Virus record (IMG/VR): IMGVR_UViG_3300037418_001222
Origin: a virus
Lineage: Duplodnaviria > Heunggongvirae > Uroviricota > Caudoviricetes
Reading direction: 5' to 3' (one strand)
Length of the DNA stretch: 64,000 bases
Made by a program: the position numbers and the translations under genes
Notes under the pieces: generated by a model
What the model was told of the DNA's origin: nothing
Databases searched by the model: none
The model's input: the letters and a program-made list of their open reading frames with translations, nothing else
Shown here: positions 22,612 to 31,240 of the stretch, in pieces
Layout of the letters: the number at the start of each line of letters is the position of its first letter
Position numbering within the stretch: the first letter of the stretch is position 1

Positions 22612-23096
22612 TCATTAATCCAGTTGGGTGGTTCTCTATTTGTCCATTTGAACAAGTGTTGCTTATGTTTTCTGTAGTATTCACGATAGTTCTCTACTAC
22701 AGTTCCGATCTTGCATTCATCAGGCATACAAGAAGGAGGTGGAGTCCAATCCCAAGCCTCTAGTGCTTTAGGAGGAGATTGAATGTCATACAACATTCTG
22801 AAACAAGCGTGTTGCTTATTATAACGATGAGTATACTCTCGAAGTAGTCCATCCATATGATCTACAAGCCAGTTGTAATTCTCAACTGACTCTCTAGCCC
22901 ACTTAGCACATGGATGATTCTTGTGAGTAGTTCTGTAGAAGAGATCTTGACGGTGATCTGGGAGTGGATCCCCATCAAGAATTCGATGAGCTGTTGATAG
23001 TAGTTGAGCACTCTCAAGGATCATTTTAACACAGTGTCTATCACACTGCATCTGAGCAGCCTCATAAGGATCAGACGACAACATGAAGATATTCAT
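22608..23096 (-). CDS. Pyrimidine-dimer DNA glycosylase-like protein (DenV family)
   Basis: MNIF.L..DP..AA...CD.H.VKMILESAQLLSTAH...TH.NHPC..W. Confidence 0.85.
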   Translation of the reverse strand: MNIFMLSSDPYEAAQMQCDRHCVKMILESAQLLSTAHRILDGDPLPDHRQDLFYRTTHKNHPCAKWARESVENYNWLVDHMDGLLREYTHRYNKQHACFRMLYDIQSPPKALEAWDWTPPPSCMPDECKIGTVVENYREYYRKHKQHLFKWTNREPPNWINE

Positions 23097-23257
23097 TTCG
23101 GTCTCTTAAATATGTACTGTTTATATGGATGGTAGTCATTTTGAATATTCATACATGCCACCAGTTCCCATCCATCTTTACCAAGCTCATTGAGCTCAAG
23201 CCAACCTACATATCCATCTTCAGATAGAACATTATACTCCCACTTTTGAGTGTTCAT
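23093..23257 (-). CDS. DUF4177-like protein, 54 aa, missed by the ORF track
   Basis: KWEYNV...LNELGKDGWELV...YIFKRP; GAGG SD; ATGA overlap with the next gene. Confidence 0.75.
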   Translation of the reverse strand: MNTQKWEYNVLSEDGYVGWLELNELGKDGWELVACMNIQNDYHPYKQYIFKRPK

Positions 23258-23741
23258 TACGCCTCTTCCACAGTTTCCACTTCTTTAGTGCTGATTCGCG
23301 ATGAAATGCATTAGCCCTCTGTAACATAGTCACTCCATCCAGATGATCAAGCTCATGTTGAAATACTCTTGCAGACATTCCAGTAAATGTCTGAGTATAC
23401 GTCTCACCATCTGGTCCTTGGAATCTGACCTTAATATCTCTAGGACGCTTTACTTTTACGAGCAATCCAGGGTATGAGAGACATCCCTCCTCGAGAACTA
23501 CACTAGTATTACCTGGAATAACCACTCGAGGGTTAAAGCATGCAAATGCTGGTTCTCCCTCCATTACAAACACTCTGAAGTTATGCCCGATCTGGTTAGC
23601 TGCAAGACCTATTCCATTATTGTCTCGCATGAACTGAACCATCTCGGTGGCTAGTTCTTCTGGGTCAATGGGAGGATTACTAAAGTCAAATGGCTCTAGA
23701 ACAGAGTGTAGAAGTTCATCTTTATAAGGAATTAGTTCCAT
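23232..23741 (-). CDS. def: Peptide deformylase
   Basis: GIGLAANQIG, EGCLS, QHELDH. Confidence 0.96.
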   Translation of the reverse strand: MELIPYKDELLHSVLEPFDFSNPPIDPEELATEMVQFMRDNNGIGLAANQIGHNFRVFVMEGEPAFACFNPRVVIPGNTSVVLEEGCLSYPGLLVKVKRPRDIKVRFQGPDGETYTQTFTGMSARVFQHELDHLDGVTMLQRANAFHRESALKKWKLWKRRNEHSKVGV

Positions 23742-23932
23742 TAATCGCCGTACTCACTTCGTATAGAATATATCAGCGGCTCTAAGAATTCAAAAATTGA
23801 TGTAGCATCCCATCCACTATCAAACAATGATATGACCGAATTAAATACTGTTTCTTCTGTAGAGGACTTCCAGAATCCTTCTGGTCCACCAAGAGTTTCG
23901 ACTATCTTTTGAGCTTGATCTTGAGTATTCAT
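23741..23932 (-). CDS. Hypothetical protein, 63 aa
   Basis: ORF track; coupled. Confidence 0.65.
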   Translation of the reverse strand: MNTQDQAQKIVETLGGPEGFWKSSTEETVFNSVISLFDSGWDATSIFEFLEPLIYSIRSEYGD

Positions 23933-24378
23933 TATAGTCCTGTCGGAGGTTTTCTTCCCATGAACTGTTCAATAGTTCCATCGGGCTTATGCTCGTAATT
24001 ATAATGGATTATCTCGAAAATGTCAAGGATAAAAGGTTTATCTAGAAAAACCATTACATCTCTCATATGCTTGGATCCAGGTGACTTTCCATCCCAAATG
24101 ATAATGGCGCCATCAGCATATTGGCCCATTTGAGTATTTCTAATCGGTCCAGCGGCTTTACCGTTTTTCTTCCAATCGGCTGGAAAGCGAGCTATCTTTA
24201 CTCTATTTTCATTAGCCCACTTTTCTCCCAGTAGATCGGCTCCACGAGCCGTTCCTGAGACTACCTCAGTAATCTCACCATATTGATCTATAAACTTTGT
24301 TACAAGTGATTCTAGTAGTCGAAGATAATATGGTTCATTCTCATCAAGAGATCTAGATCCGGCAATTATGACTCTCAT
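23932..24378 (-). CDS. SLOG-family (DUF2493/YspA-like) protein
   Basis: IIAGSR, VVSGTARGAD, FPADW...GKAAGPIRN, WDG.S.GS. Confidence 0.85.
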   Translation of the reverse strand: MRVIIAGSRSLDENEPYYLRLLESLVTKFIDQYGEITEVVSGTARGADLLGEKWANENRVKIARFPADWKKNGKAAGPIRNTQMGQYADGAIIIWDGKSPGSKHMRDVMVFLDKPFILDIFEIIHYNYEHKPDGTIEQFMGRKPPTGL

Positions 24379-26081
24379 TACGACATCCTGCTAAAATTTT
24401 TGTTTTTCTCAAACTTGATCACATTATCAAACTTTTCAAACAAACTATCTCCATTATGAGATATTACAAATACATTAGTATCTGTTAGAGAACCAATGAT
24501 CTGAAAGAATGAATCCTTAGCATCTTGATCGGCTGATCCATCTAATACTTCATCCATAATCAAAAGATTGGTATTGATAGAATTACGTAGCTTGGCTATT
24601 GCTCTCCAAGTGAATAGGACAGCTAAGTTAATCCTCATCTTCTCACCTTCAGAGAATGAGTGATATGAGAATTCATCCATATGACGAGCTAGAATAGTCT
24701 CTTCAAAACTCTCATTTAGTTCAAAATTGATAAAGCTCTCCATAATCGCCAAATACTTATTGATAAGCTTGTTGATTACAGGAATATATTGTTTAACTAT
24801 CTTTGCTTTAATTCCTCCATCTTTAAGAAGAGGTCCAACGTGTTGATACACTTGCTTCTTCTCATGGAGTTCTTTAAGAGTTGAGTCGATCTTCTTTACC
24901 TCTTCTTTCAAGAAATCGATATTGGAGACATCGTATTCCTTAGAGGTCTTATTGAGTGACTCTATCTCTTCATTAAGCTGTTCAACGTATTCATTCCATC
25001 CTAATATCTTAGTGTTCAGCGCCGATAGTTCTAGATTTACATCAGTAATTTGTTTATTAATTTTTACAATTTCATCAAGACGCTCAGCCGATCTTTGATA
25101 TTCCTCATTGAGCTTTGTTAGACCTTCTTCTGTCTCGGTAATCTTCGTGGTCTTAAGAGTAATTGTCGACTGCTTGAATTCCTCATCAATATCCTGCTGA
25201 CATGTAGGACAATTGGTATTGTCATGAAAGAAGGATACTTCTTTCCGAATAGTCTCTACCTTATGAGATATTCTTGTCCTAAGATGATCTAAGTTCTTCA
25301 ACTTCTTCGAAATAGAAGCTTCATCTTTAATCGATTCTCTTAAAGAATTCAACTCGTCTCTAAGATCCTCTATCTCATGCTGAGTAACATCAATTTGTTG
25401 TTGAGTAGATTTAAGTCTATCCCTCTTCTCTTCTAGTTGCTTCTCTGCACTCTCTTGAAGTTCAGCAATATGCTTCTGACTAAGTTTCAGCTTCTCGGAT
25501 GATAGTTCTTTTAATCGATCTTGATCATAGATGGCAGAATTGTTATCATTAACCTTCTGAACGAGGAGCTTATTCATCACCGTAAAGACTTGAAGATCTA
25601 ATAAGTCCTCAATGATCTCTCTACGATTTCCAGCTGGAAGAGCCATGAAGGGCTGATAAGTTGCTGATCCAAGAATAACAATCTGACAGAAGCTCTTGAA
25701 GTTGCACTTAATGATCTGCTTCTCTAGAGTGTCCTGGTATTCTTTTGCTTTAGCATTCTGATTTAGAAGCTTACCATCTTGATATACATCAAATACTCCA
25801 GGTCTATCTCCTCTTCTAATGAGATAAGGAACTCCAGAAATTCGAAGTTCGCACTCGACTAGAAGTCCTTTACGTGTAATAGAATTATGAAGCTGAGGCT
25901 TATTGATATTTCTAAACGGTTTTCCAAATAGAGCATACGTAATGGCATCCAGCATAGTTGACTTGCCGGCGCCATTCTTACCAAGTACAAGAGTAGTTCT
26001 GTCCTTGTTGAGGATGATTTCTGTCCATTGGTTACCTGTTGAAAGAAGATTACGCCAACGGATCTTTTCAAATTCTAGCAC
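24378..26081 (-). CDS. gp46: Recombination endonuclease subunit (Rad50/SbcC-like ATPase)
   Basis: GKNGAGKST, CPTC zinc hook, FSEGEK signature, MDEVLD. Confidence 0.97.
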   Translation of the reverse strand: MLEFEKIRWRNLLSTGNQWTEIILNKDRTTLVLGKNGAGKSTMLDAITYALFGKPFRNINKPQLHNSITRKGLLVECELRISGVPYLIRRGDRPGVFDVYQDGKLLNQNAKAKEYQDTLEKQIIKCNFKSFCQIVILGSATYQPFMALPAGNRREIIEDLLDLQVFTVMNKLLVQKVNDNNSAIYDQDRLKELSSEKLKLSQKHIAELQESAEKQLEEKRDRLKSTQQQIDVTQHEIEDLRDELNSLRESIKDEASISKKLKNLDHLRTRISHKVETIRKEVSFFHDNTNCPTCQQDIDEEFKQSTITLKTTKITETEEGLTKLNEEYQRSAERLDEIVKINKQITDVNLELSALNTKILGWNEYVEQLNEEIESLNKTSKEYDVSNIDFLKEEVKKIDSTLKELHEKKQVYQHVGPLLKDGGIKAKIVKQYIPVINKLINKYLAIMESFINFELNESFEETILARHMDEFSYHSFSEGEKMRINLAVLFTWRAIAKLRNSINTNLLIMDEVLDGSADQDAKDSFFQIIGSLTDTNVFVISHNGDSLFEKFDNVIKFEKNKNFSRMS

Positions 26082-26224
26082 TACTTAATCTTATTCTTTT
26101 CATGTGCTTCTGCTAGACATTGTTCTGAACAGTAGTTATGAAATGGTATTTGGAGTGGAACGGATCCCATTACACCCTGAACGAGCATCTCTTTATTACA
26201 TTGTTTGCAGTTGAGCTTAATCAT
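26081..26224 (-). CDS. 47-aa Zn-finger peptide (MIKLNCKQC...YCSEQC...)
   Basis: Read manually; coupled to gp47 (ATGA) and adjacent to the gp46 start. Confidence 0.6.
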   Translation of the reverse strand: MIKLNCKQCNKEMLVQGVMGSVPLQIPFHNYCSEQCLAEAHEKNKIK

Positions 26225-27282
26225 TCTATCGTCATTGCCTCTTCATGAAGTTCTTCTATAGTTGAATAGAGCTTATCTTTGAATGGAACATTCATCTGAT
26301 CGATAGCCTTTTGGAATATCTCTAGAGTTCCTTCGGCTTCATCAATGATATCTTGATCATCTTCTAGGTTAAGGTTCATATGATCTTCAACCACTTGAAG
26401 ATCAATGACTCCAGAACTCTCTAATTTTTCGATGAAACAGTCAAACCAATACGGATTAGTCTTGGACTTTACAATAACCTTGACTATCGTATCTAGATAT
26501 CCGGATGTATCAAAGTCCATGATTTCTTCTAGAGACATTTCTGTGTCATCATAGAAGATCTTCTTGAACATACTAATAGGATTCCTAACAAATGTCAACT
26601 GTCTCGTTTCAGTATCAAAGATATGGAATCCACGAGGATCATTAAAATCGGACCAAGTATACTCGCATGGAGCTCCGAGATAATGAATATTACCATAGCT
26701 CGATCTAGTATGAAAATGTCCAGAGCATACTAGATCAAACTTAGAGAAGTCACTTGGATCCTGTCCTCCATGAGACACCGAACCCTTGTACATAGCGAAT
26801 CCGGATATCTCAAGGTGACCAAGAGCTACTGTAGCATCCGTCAATGAGATCATACTCATCGTCTCTTCACGATTTTCAGAATTCATCCATGGCAGGAATA
26901 AGATCTTGCACCCATCGAATTCTACTTCCTCAGCCTTCTCATACCAGTGAAGCTTGTCGGAAGTATTCATCCAATAGAGTTCTTCAATTGAATTAAGAGA
27001 ATTTGTATTCTTAAAGAATACGTCGTGATTACCAAGGATGATATGAAGATCGAATTCTGCTAAAGCCGGTTCAATAAAGCTCTTTCGTAGAGCTCTTGCC
27101 GAAAGGAAATTGATATACTTTCTTCTATCTACTAAGTCTCCGAGATTGATGATAGTTGTTACACTATTCTCTCGAAGATATGGGAAGAAAACTTCTGAAT
27201 AGAATCTTGTGAAGTATCTGTGGAACGCGGGATTATCGTTCCTGACACCGAAGTGGTTGTCGGAAGTAAGGGCAATCTTCAT
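26221..27282 (-). CDS. gp47: Recombination endonuclease subunit (Mre11/SbcD-like)
   Basis: DNHFG, GDLVD, GNHD, GHLE, SGHFH. Confidence 0.96.
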   Translation of the reverse strand: MKIALTSDNHFGVRNDNPAFHRYFTRFYSEVFFPYLRENSVTTIINLGDLVDRRKYINFLSARALRKSFIEPALAEFDLHIILGNHDVFFKNTNSLNSIEELYWMNTSDKLHWYEKAEEVEFDGCKILFLPWMNSENREETMSMISLTDATVALGHLEISGFAMYKGSVSHGGQDPSDFSKFDLVCSGHFHTRSSYGNIHYLGAPCEYTWSDFNDPRGFHIFDTETRQLTFVRNPISMFKKIFYDDTEMSLEEIMDFDTSGYLDTIVKVIVKSKTNPYWFDCFIEKLESSGVIDLQVVEDHMNLNLEDDQDIIDEAEGTLEIFQKAIDQMNVPFKDKLYSTIEELHEEAMTIE

Positions 27283-27434
27283 ACTATTTTGATTCGATTT
27301 TCGGTAAATAGGAAGTATAGAGCCTCGACTAATGAAGGCTCATCATTGAATTGAAAGTAGTAACGCTCGCCATCTATTTCAAGGAAAGCATCGTTCTCCC
27401 AATAGTCGATATCAGTGATCTTATAATCAGGCAT
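27279..27434 (-). CDS. 51-aa hypothetical protein (MPDYKITDIDYW...), probably leaderless
   Basis: Read manually; ATG 6 nt after a TATAAT box; ATGA overlap with gp47. Confidence 0.6.
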   Translation of the reverse strand: MPDYKITDIDYWENDAFLEIDGERYYFQFNDEPSLVEALYFLFTENRIKIV

Positions 27435-27439
27435 GCATT

Positions 27440-27467
27440 ATTATATACACGCGCGAGAAAATGTCAA
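27440..27467 (-). promoter_or_regulatory. sigma70-type promoter for the gp47-46 operon
   Basis: TTGACA-16 nt-TATAAT. Confidence 0.75.
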
Positions 27468-27480
27468 GGATTTATGAGAT

Positions 27481-28056
27481 TTATTCATCTTCCTGAAACT
27501 TCTCTACACCCTTCTTGGTCTTTGTCTCTTTCTTCTCATTAGCCTTGGCTTCGAATGCCTCAATGATTCTATTAGAGACTTCGTTATTCATCTGATTGAT
27601 TCCAACGATTCCGGCATCGTCACCATGAGCGAGCTGATCGAATAGGCCAGACTCATGGAAGGACTTATGTTTGATGTAGACTTGCTTCTTCTCCTTTTGA
27701 ATTCTTCTAACAAAAGCTCTCCAGGCGATCAGAGAAAAGTATCCAAATGGATTCTGCTTTTGTTCATTTGGATCGAAGTTATCTACTGCCGCTAGGCAGT
27801 TTTCAATCGCGTCTCCAACCATCTCTTCTCGATAGGAGTAATTAATGAAGTTTGGTCTATATGATAAACGCTCACAGAGAAGATAGAAGCACTCTCCAAG
27901 ATAGTTATTGATCTTAGGCTTCTCTTCACCATTCTTCTCGGCTTCAATTGCGGCCAACCTGTACTTAGTCATCTCGACATGGAATCTCTTCTTGTCGATG
28001 TAGTTATTAGGTGTACGCTTAGTTTTCTTAGGTGGTTGCACTTTTTTCCTTGACAA
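27481..28056 (-). CDS. gp55: Late-transcription sigma factor
   Basis: NYIDKK, YLGECFY, RPNFINYSYREEMVGDAIENC, NPFGYF...AF.RRIQKEKKQ; true start may be the GTG at 28041 (AAGGA SD). Confidence 0.95.
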   Translation of the reverse strand: MSRKKVQPPKKTKRTPNNYIDKKRFHVEMTKYRLAAIEAEKNGEEKPKINNYLGECFYLLCERLSYRPNFINYSYREEMVGDAIENCLAAVDNFDPNEQKQNPFGYFSLIAWRAFVRRIQKEKKQVYIKHKSFHESGLFDQLAHGDDAGIVGINQMNNEVSNRIIEAFEAKANEKKETKTKKGVEKFQEDE

Positions 28057-28078
28057 TTTTCGTGTTGGTGTGTATAAT
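28050..28078 (+). promoter_or_regulatory. Perfect-consensus sigma70 promoter on the antisense strand, overlapping the gp55 start
   Basis: TTGACA (28050-55)-17 nt-TATAAT (28073-78); no plus-strand ORF downstream in the track. Confidence 0.65.
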
Positions 28079-28113
28079 AAATTGGGGTTATGAAGTAGTG
28101 TATTAGATTATTA

Positions 28114-28533
28114 CTAGTGAATGGTATGATCAGTATCCTTTGGAGATACTACTAGTTCACCAGTCTTATATGCCTGAGCAGCATTCTGATATTCAATGAT
28201 TAGTCCAACCATCTTCTTAGTCATATGATGTAAGTTCTCTTTATATGCCTCGTCTGTGATCTTCTGGACCTCAACGGAAGCGTCATAGAACTTAGAGAAT
28301 TCTTCCGTCATAAGAGAGATGGAGATGATAGATTCAGAAGCGATAGGAATTCTTGACTCCTTTCCTCCTGTAATAAACCTAACTAGAGCTGATCCCATTC
28401 GACCATCTTCGGTTTCATAGTCTTCCCAGATGAGTGGATTGTTGAGAATTAACATCTTAGTGTCTGCATCCTCTTTATTAGCGGTTCCATAAACCAGTTC
28501 GCCTGAGGAGATCTTAACTACATAGTGGCTCAT
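28114..28533 (-). CDS. Conserved T4-like hypothetical protein between uvsW and gp55
   Basis: VKISSGELV...NNPL pattern and syntenic position. Confidence 0.75.
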   Translation of the reverse strand: MSHYVVKISSGELVYGTANKEDADTKMLILNNPLIWEDYETEDGRMGSALVRFITGGKESRIPIASESIISISLMTEEFSKFYDASVEVQKITDEAYKENLHHMTKKMVGLIIEYQNAAQAYKTGELVVSPKDTDHTIH

Positions 28534-29981
28534 GAGCTTAGCCTTATCTTGTGAATACGATAGTTAAATTGTTGTTCCGCATACATCTTAACTCTCTCAA
28601 TGAAGTGTTTAAGTGTATGGTTCTCTTTAGATTTATATGATAGATCATCTGCAATATCATACAAGGTCAGGAACTCCTTGCTATCATGAAGTCTTAATCC
28701 ACGTCCAATAGACTGAAGGACTTTGATTCGGGTCTTGGAAGGATGGGCGAATATGATATTGTGTAAGTTCTTGACATTGACTCCGGTTGAGAAAGTACCA
28801 ATAGAACAAATAACAATCGCATCTGAGTGCGTTTCAAGCAATTTACGAATTTCTTCACGATCATCGGTTGATACGTCTCCTGAGACATAGTAGACTGGTC
28901 TATTAGTAGAATTCTTAATTAAATCGTACAGAATCTTACCATGATTATCGACATAACGATACATCACGAAAGTATTTCCAGTTAGACTCAGGGCTAGGTT
29001 CTTGATGAATCTTGATCTGTTCTCATGAGCTATTAAGAAGTCAATCTCACCCTGATAGTCTGTCTTATTCTTGTGAAATAACTTTTTCGTCTCTTCTGGA
29101 TATTGTAGTACTAGAGCATCAATCTTTAGTTTAGCGATAGCACCAGAGTCCATTAGAGCCTTAGTGGTTGTCACTTCATATGTCTGTCCAAATAAACCCT
29201 CAAGGACTAGTTTATTCGTCTCAGTTCCATCAAGCGTTCCAGTAAGTCCAACCTTGTAGGGACATTGAGTGGTCTTAGTCATGATAGTAGTCAATGACTT
29301 AGCCTTGAATGTATGGGCTTCGTCTCCGACCACGAGTTTAAATCTATCAAACCATTTCTTTGGAAGTTGATAGATTGACTGCCAAGTGCTTACGACGATG
29401 GGTTTGTCAGTATTCTTATCGTGCCCGGAATAGATACGGTGTACAAACTTTTCAGAGTCGAATCCATAGTCCTCGAAGTCTCCGAACATCTGGTTGACCA
29501 AGGTTGTGGTTGGTACGATAACCAAGGTTGGTACTTGGAAATACCTGATGAGGAGGTAGATGATGAAGCTCTTACCAGACGCTGTAGGTGATAGTAGGAG
29601 AGAGCGTCTCTTCTGGACTGCATGTATGAATGCATCGACCTGATAATCTCTTGGTGGAAGTGACGGGTTAAGATCTTCGATAAACTTGACAGCGTCTTCT
29701 GGTCTAAATTCGGTATCTCTGAAGGAGTCCGGAAAGTTGAAGTTATACTCACGGTCTTTACAGAACTTTGCGAGTCTCGGGAGGAGTCCGACGTATAAGA
29801 GACCGGTATATGCATTGAAGAGTCGTATTTTCCCGTCCCAGCATCGGTTTTTGAATGCTGGCATAAACTTGTAGCCGGGCACAAAGAATGTAAAATAGTC
29901 GGAGATTTCTTGAGCGATTCCAGGATCACATCTAACTCTGAGGTTAACATCATCTAGGTATTCTACTTGTATTGTATCCAT
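28530..29981 (-). CDS. uvsW: UvsW DNA helicase
   Basis: PGYKFMPAFK...WDGKIRLF, SPTASGKS, GDEAH, GLTGT, QSIGRGLR; start moved to the ATG at 29981 (TAATG). Confidence 0.96.
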   Translation of the reverse strand: MDTIQVEYLDDVNLRVRCDPGIAQEISDYFTFFVPGYKFMPAFKNRCWDGKIRLFNAYTGLLYVGLLPRLAKFCKDREYNFNFPDSFRDTEFRPEDAVKFIEDLNPSLPPRDYQVDAFIHAVQKRRSLLLSPTASGKSFIIYLLIRYFQVPTLVIVPTTTLVNQMFGDFEDYGFDSEKFVHRIYSGHDKNTDKPIVVSTWQSIYQLPKKWFDRFKLVVGDEAHTFKAKSLTTIMTKTTQCPYKVGLTGTLDGTETNKLVLEGLFGQTYEVTTTKALMDSGAIAKLKIDALVLQYPEETKKLFHKNKTDYQGEIDFLIAHENRSRFIKNLALSLTGNTFVMYRYVDNHGKILYDLIKNSTNRPVYYVSGDVSTDDREEIRKLLETHSDAIVICSIGTFSTGVNVKNLHNIIFAHPSKTRIKVLQSIGRGLRLHDSKEFLTLYDIADDLSYKSKENHTLKHFIERVKMYAEQQFNYRIHKIRLSS

Positions 29982-30418
29982 TATGAACCATTTAAGAATC
30001 TTTGCCAATCTACAGCAGTTCGAATCTGATATCCCATTCTTGAGATGATATCCACTATGGATTTTAGTGTATCGATCTTCTCTTTCTGAAGTCCAATCTT
30101 CAGAGATAGAGCGATGATATCCTTATCCGCCTCTAGATATCTACCAACTTCTGTCTTGATAATTCTTCCTCTAGCTGGAGAGTCTTGAATCCACTCCTTT
30201 GGTGTGTCTTCTGATGGACCATCAACATAGAAGTCATATTTGTCAAACTTCAACTGCTTGTATTCAGCCTCATACTTGGTCAAGACCATTCTCTCATGAG
30301 ACAGAATACGGATATATTTAGCGTGTAATTTCGGGAGGTCTAGAGCAATATGGTCTAGCTTAGTTCTATCGAGTTGGGAGTCTTTATCCCACTCGGAGAG
30401 AATATCTTCGAGTTTCAT
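29981..30418 (-). CDS. uvsY: UvsY recombination mediator
   Basis: EWDKDS.LD...LD...P.LHAKY...YLEAD...F.NG; adjacent to uvsW. Confidence 0.92.
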   Translation of the reverse strand: MKLEDILSEWDKDSQLDRTKLDHIALDLPKLHAKYIRILSHERMVLTKYEAEYKQLKFDKYDFYVDGPSEDTPKEWIQDSPARGRIIKTEVGRYLEADKDIIALSLKIGLQKEKIDTLKSIVDIISRMGYQIRTAVDWQRFLNGS

Positions 30419-30455
30419 GGAACCTTTATTCTAGTTGTACGATCGATCGAATTAT

Positions 30456-30484
30456 TCTATATCATACGATCGAGTAAATGTCAA
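30456..30484 (-). promoter_or_regulatory. sigma70-type promoter for uvsY-uvsW-gp55
   Basis: TTGACA-17 nt-TATAGA with TG extension. Confidence 0.6.
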
Positions 30485-31020
30485 CTAGTTTTTATTGATT
30501 TAACATCATAAAGGGTATATCTGAATAATACTTTTGCCGTCACTACCGGCTGGTCTGGATTAGTAGTTGATAGTGTTGGAGCAGAAATCATTATTGGAAA
30601 CGCATCTCTGAATGTATATTCAATGTTAGCATTTCTATGTCCTGTATTTGTGAACACAGATATATCAGAGGTCAATGATTCCCATAGGCTCTTGTACTTA
30701 TTATCACCACTAGTCACTAGATTTTTGTATTCATCAAATGATGATGGGAATCCCATTCCACGCATCCAATCATACATCTCTCTCCATCCCTGAAGATTTT
30801 CATCGACCAGGAATACTACAGATAGAGCTTCCCACTCGATATGATCACCAGGAACTGGAATAGTCGTGAATGGATTATCCTCTTCCACTGGAGCTAAGTT
30901 GATAGATGGAAGAGCCACTGTCTGAACAAAGAATGATAGATACGGCGCTTTATGAAGAAAGAACCTAAACTCATTGGGATTAAGTAATGAAGTATTATCT
31001 GGTGCACAAAACTGAGTCAT
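30481..31020 (-). CDS. gp3: Tail completion / tube terminator protein
   Basis: NPNEFRF...P.LSFF.Q...LP...PGD...F.VDE.L..W.E.Y.WM; follows gp23. Confidence 0.88.
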   Translation of the reverse strand: MTQFCAPDNTSLLNPNEFRFFLHKAPYLSFFVQTVALPSINLAPVEEDNPFTTIPVPGDHIEWEALSVVFLVDENLQGWREMYDWMRGMGFPSSFDEYKNLVTSGDNKYKSLWESLTSDISVFTNTGHRNANIEYTFRDAFPIMISAPTLSTTNPDQPVVTAKVLFRYTLYDVKSIKTS

Positions 31021-31151
31021 TATTTTTCTCTCTCACAAATATATAAAAACTTTGTAGATTTCAGTAGTGCTTCATAGAGTAGATTATTACCTTCTTTAGT
31101 CAGATGAAATTTTCCATTACCATCAGGACGAGCTAATTTATTATTCTTCAT
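31020..31151 (-). CDS. 43-aa hypothetical protein (MKNNKLARPDGNGKFHLT...)
   Basis: Read manually; AGGAG SD, late-like promoter, TAATG coupling to gp3. Confidence 0.55.
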   Translation of the reverse strand: MKNNKLARPDGNGKFHLTKEGNNLLYEALLKSTKFLYICEREK

Positions 31152-31172
31152 CTATTCCACTCCTGTCCATAC

Positions 31173-31180
31173 TATTTATT
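31173..31180 (-). promoter_or_regulatory. Late promoter variant
   Basis: AATAAATA just after the gp23 terminator. Confidence 0.5.
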
Positions 31181-31188
31181 TCTGATAC

Positions 31189-31215
31189 AAAAAGGGCGGA
31201 ACCGAAGTCCCGCCC
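31189..31215 (-). terminator. Intrinsic terminator after gp23
   Basis: GGGCGGGAC-TTCG-GTTCCGCCC-TTTTT (UUCG tetraloop). Confidence 0.9.
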
Positions 31216-31240
31216 GAGTTGTGTCTGGTTATCCCAGATC

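Noticed and set aside
29390-29953. 187-aa alternative-frame ORF inside uvsW (similar cases: 40240-40758 in gp17, 15727-16086, 50502-50981)
   Set aside because: Same-strand shadow frames within well-supported genes, Ser/Leu-rich and with no motifs.
30432-30487. TACGATCGA direct repeat and TAGTTG/CAACTA inverted repeat around the uvsY promoter
   Set aside because: Short and seen only once; cannot be distinguished from chance without finding the motif at other promoters.
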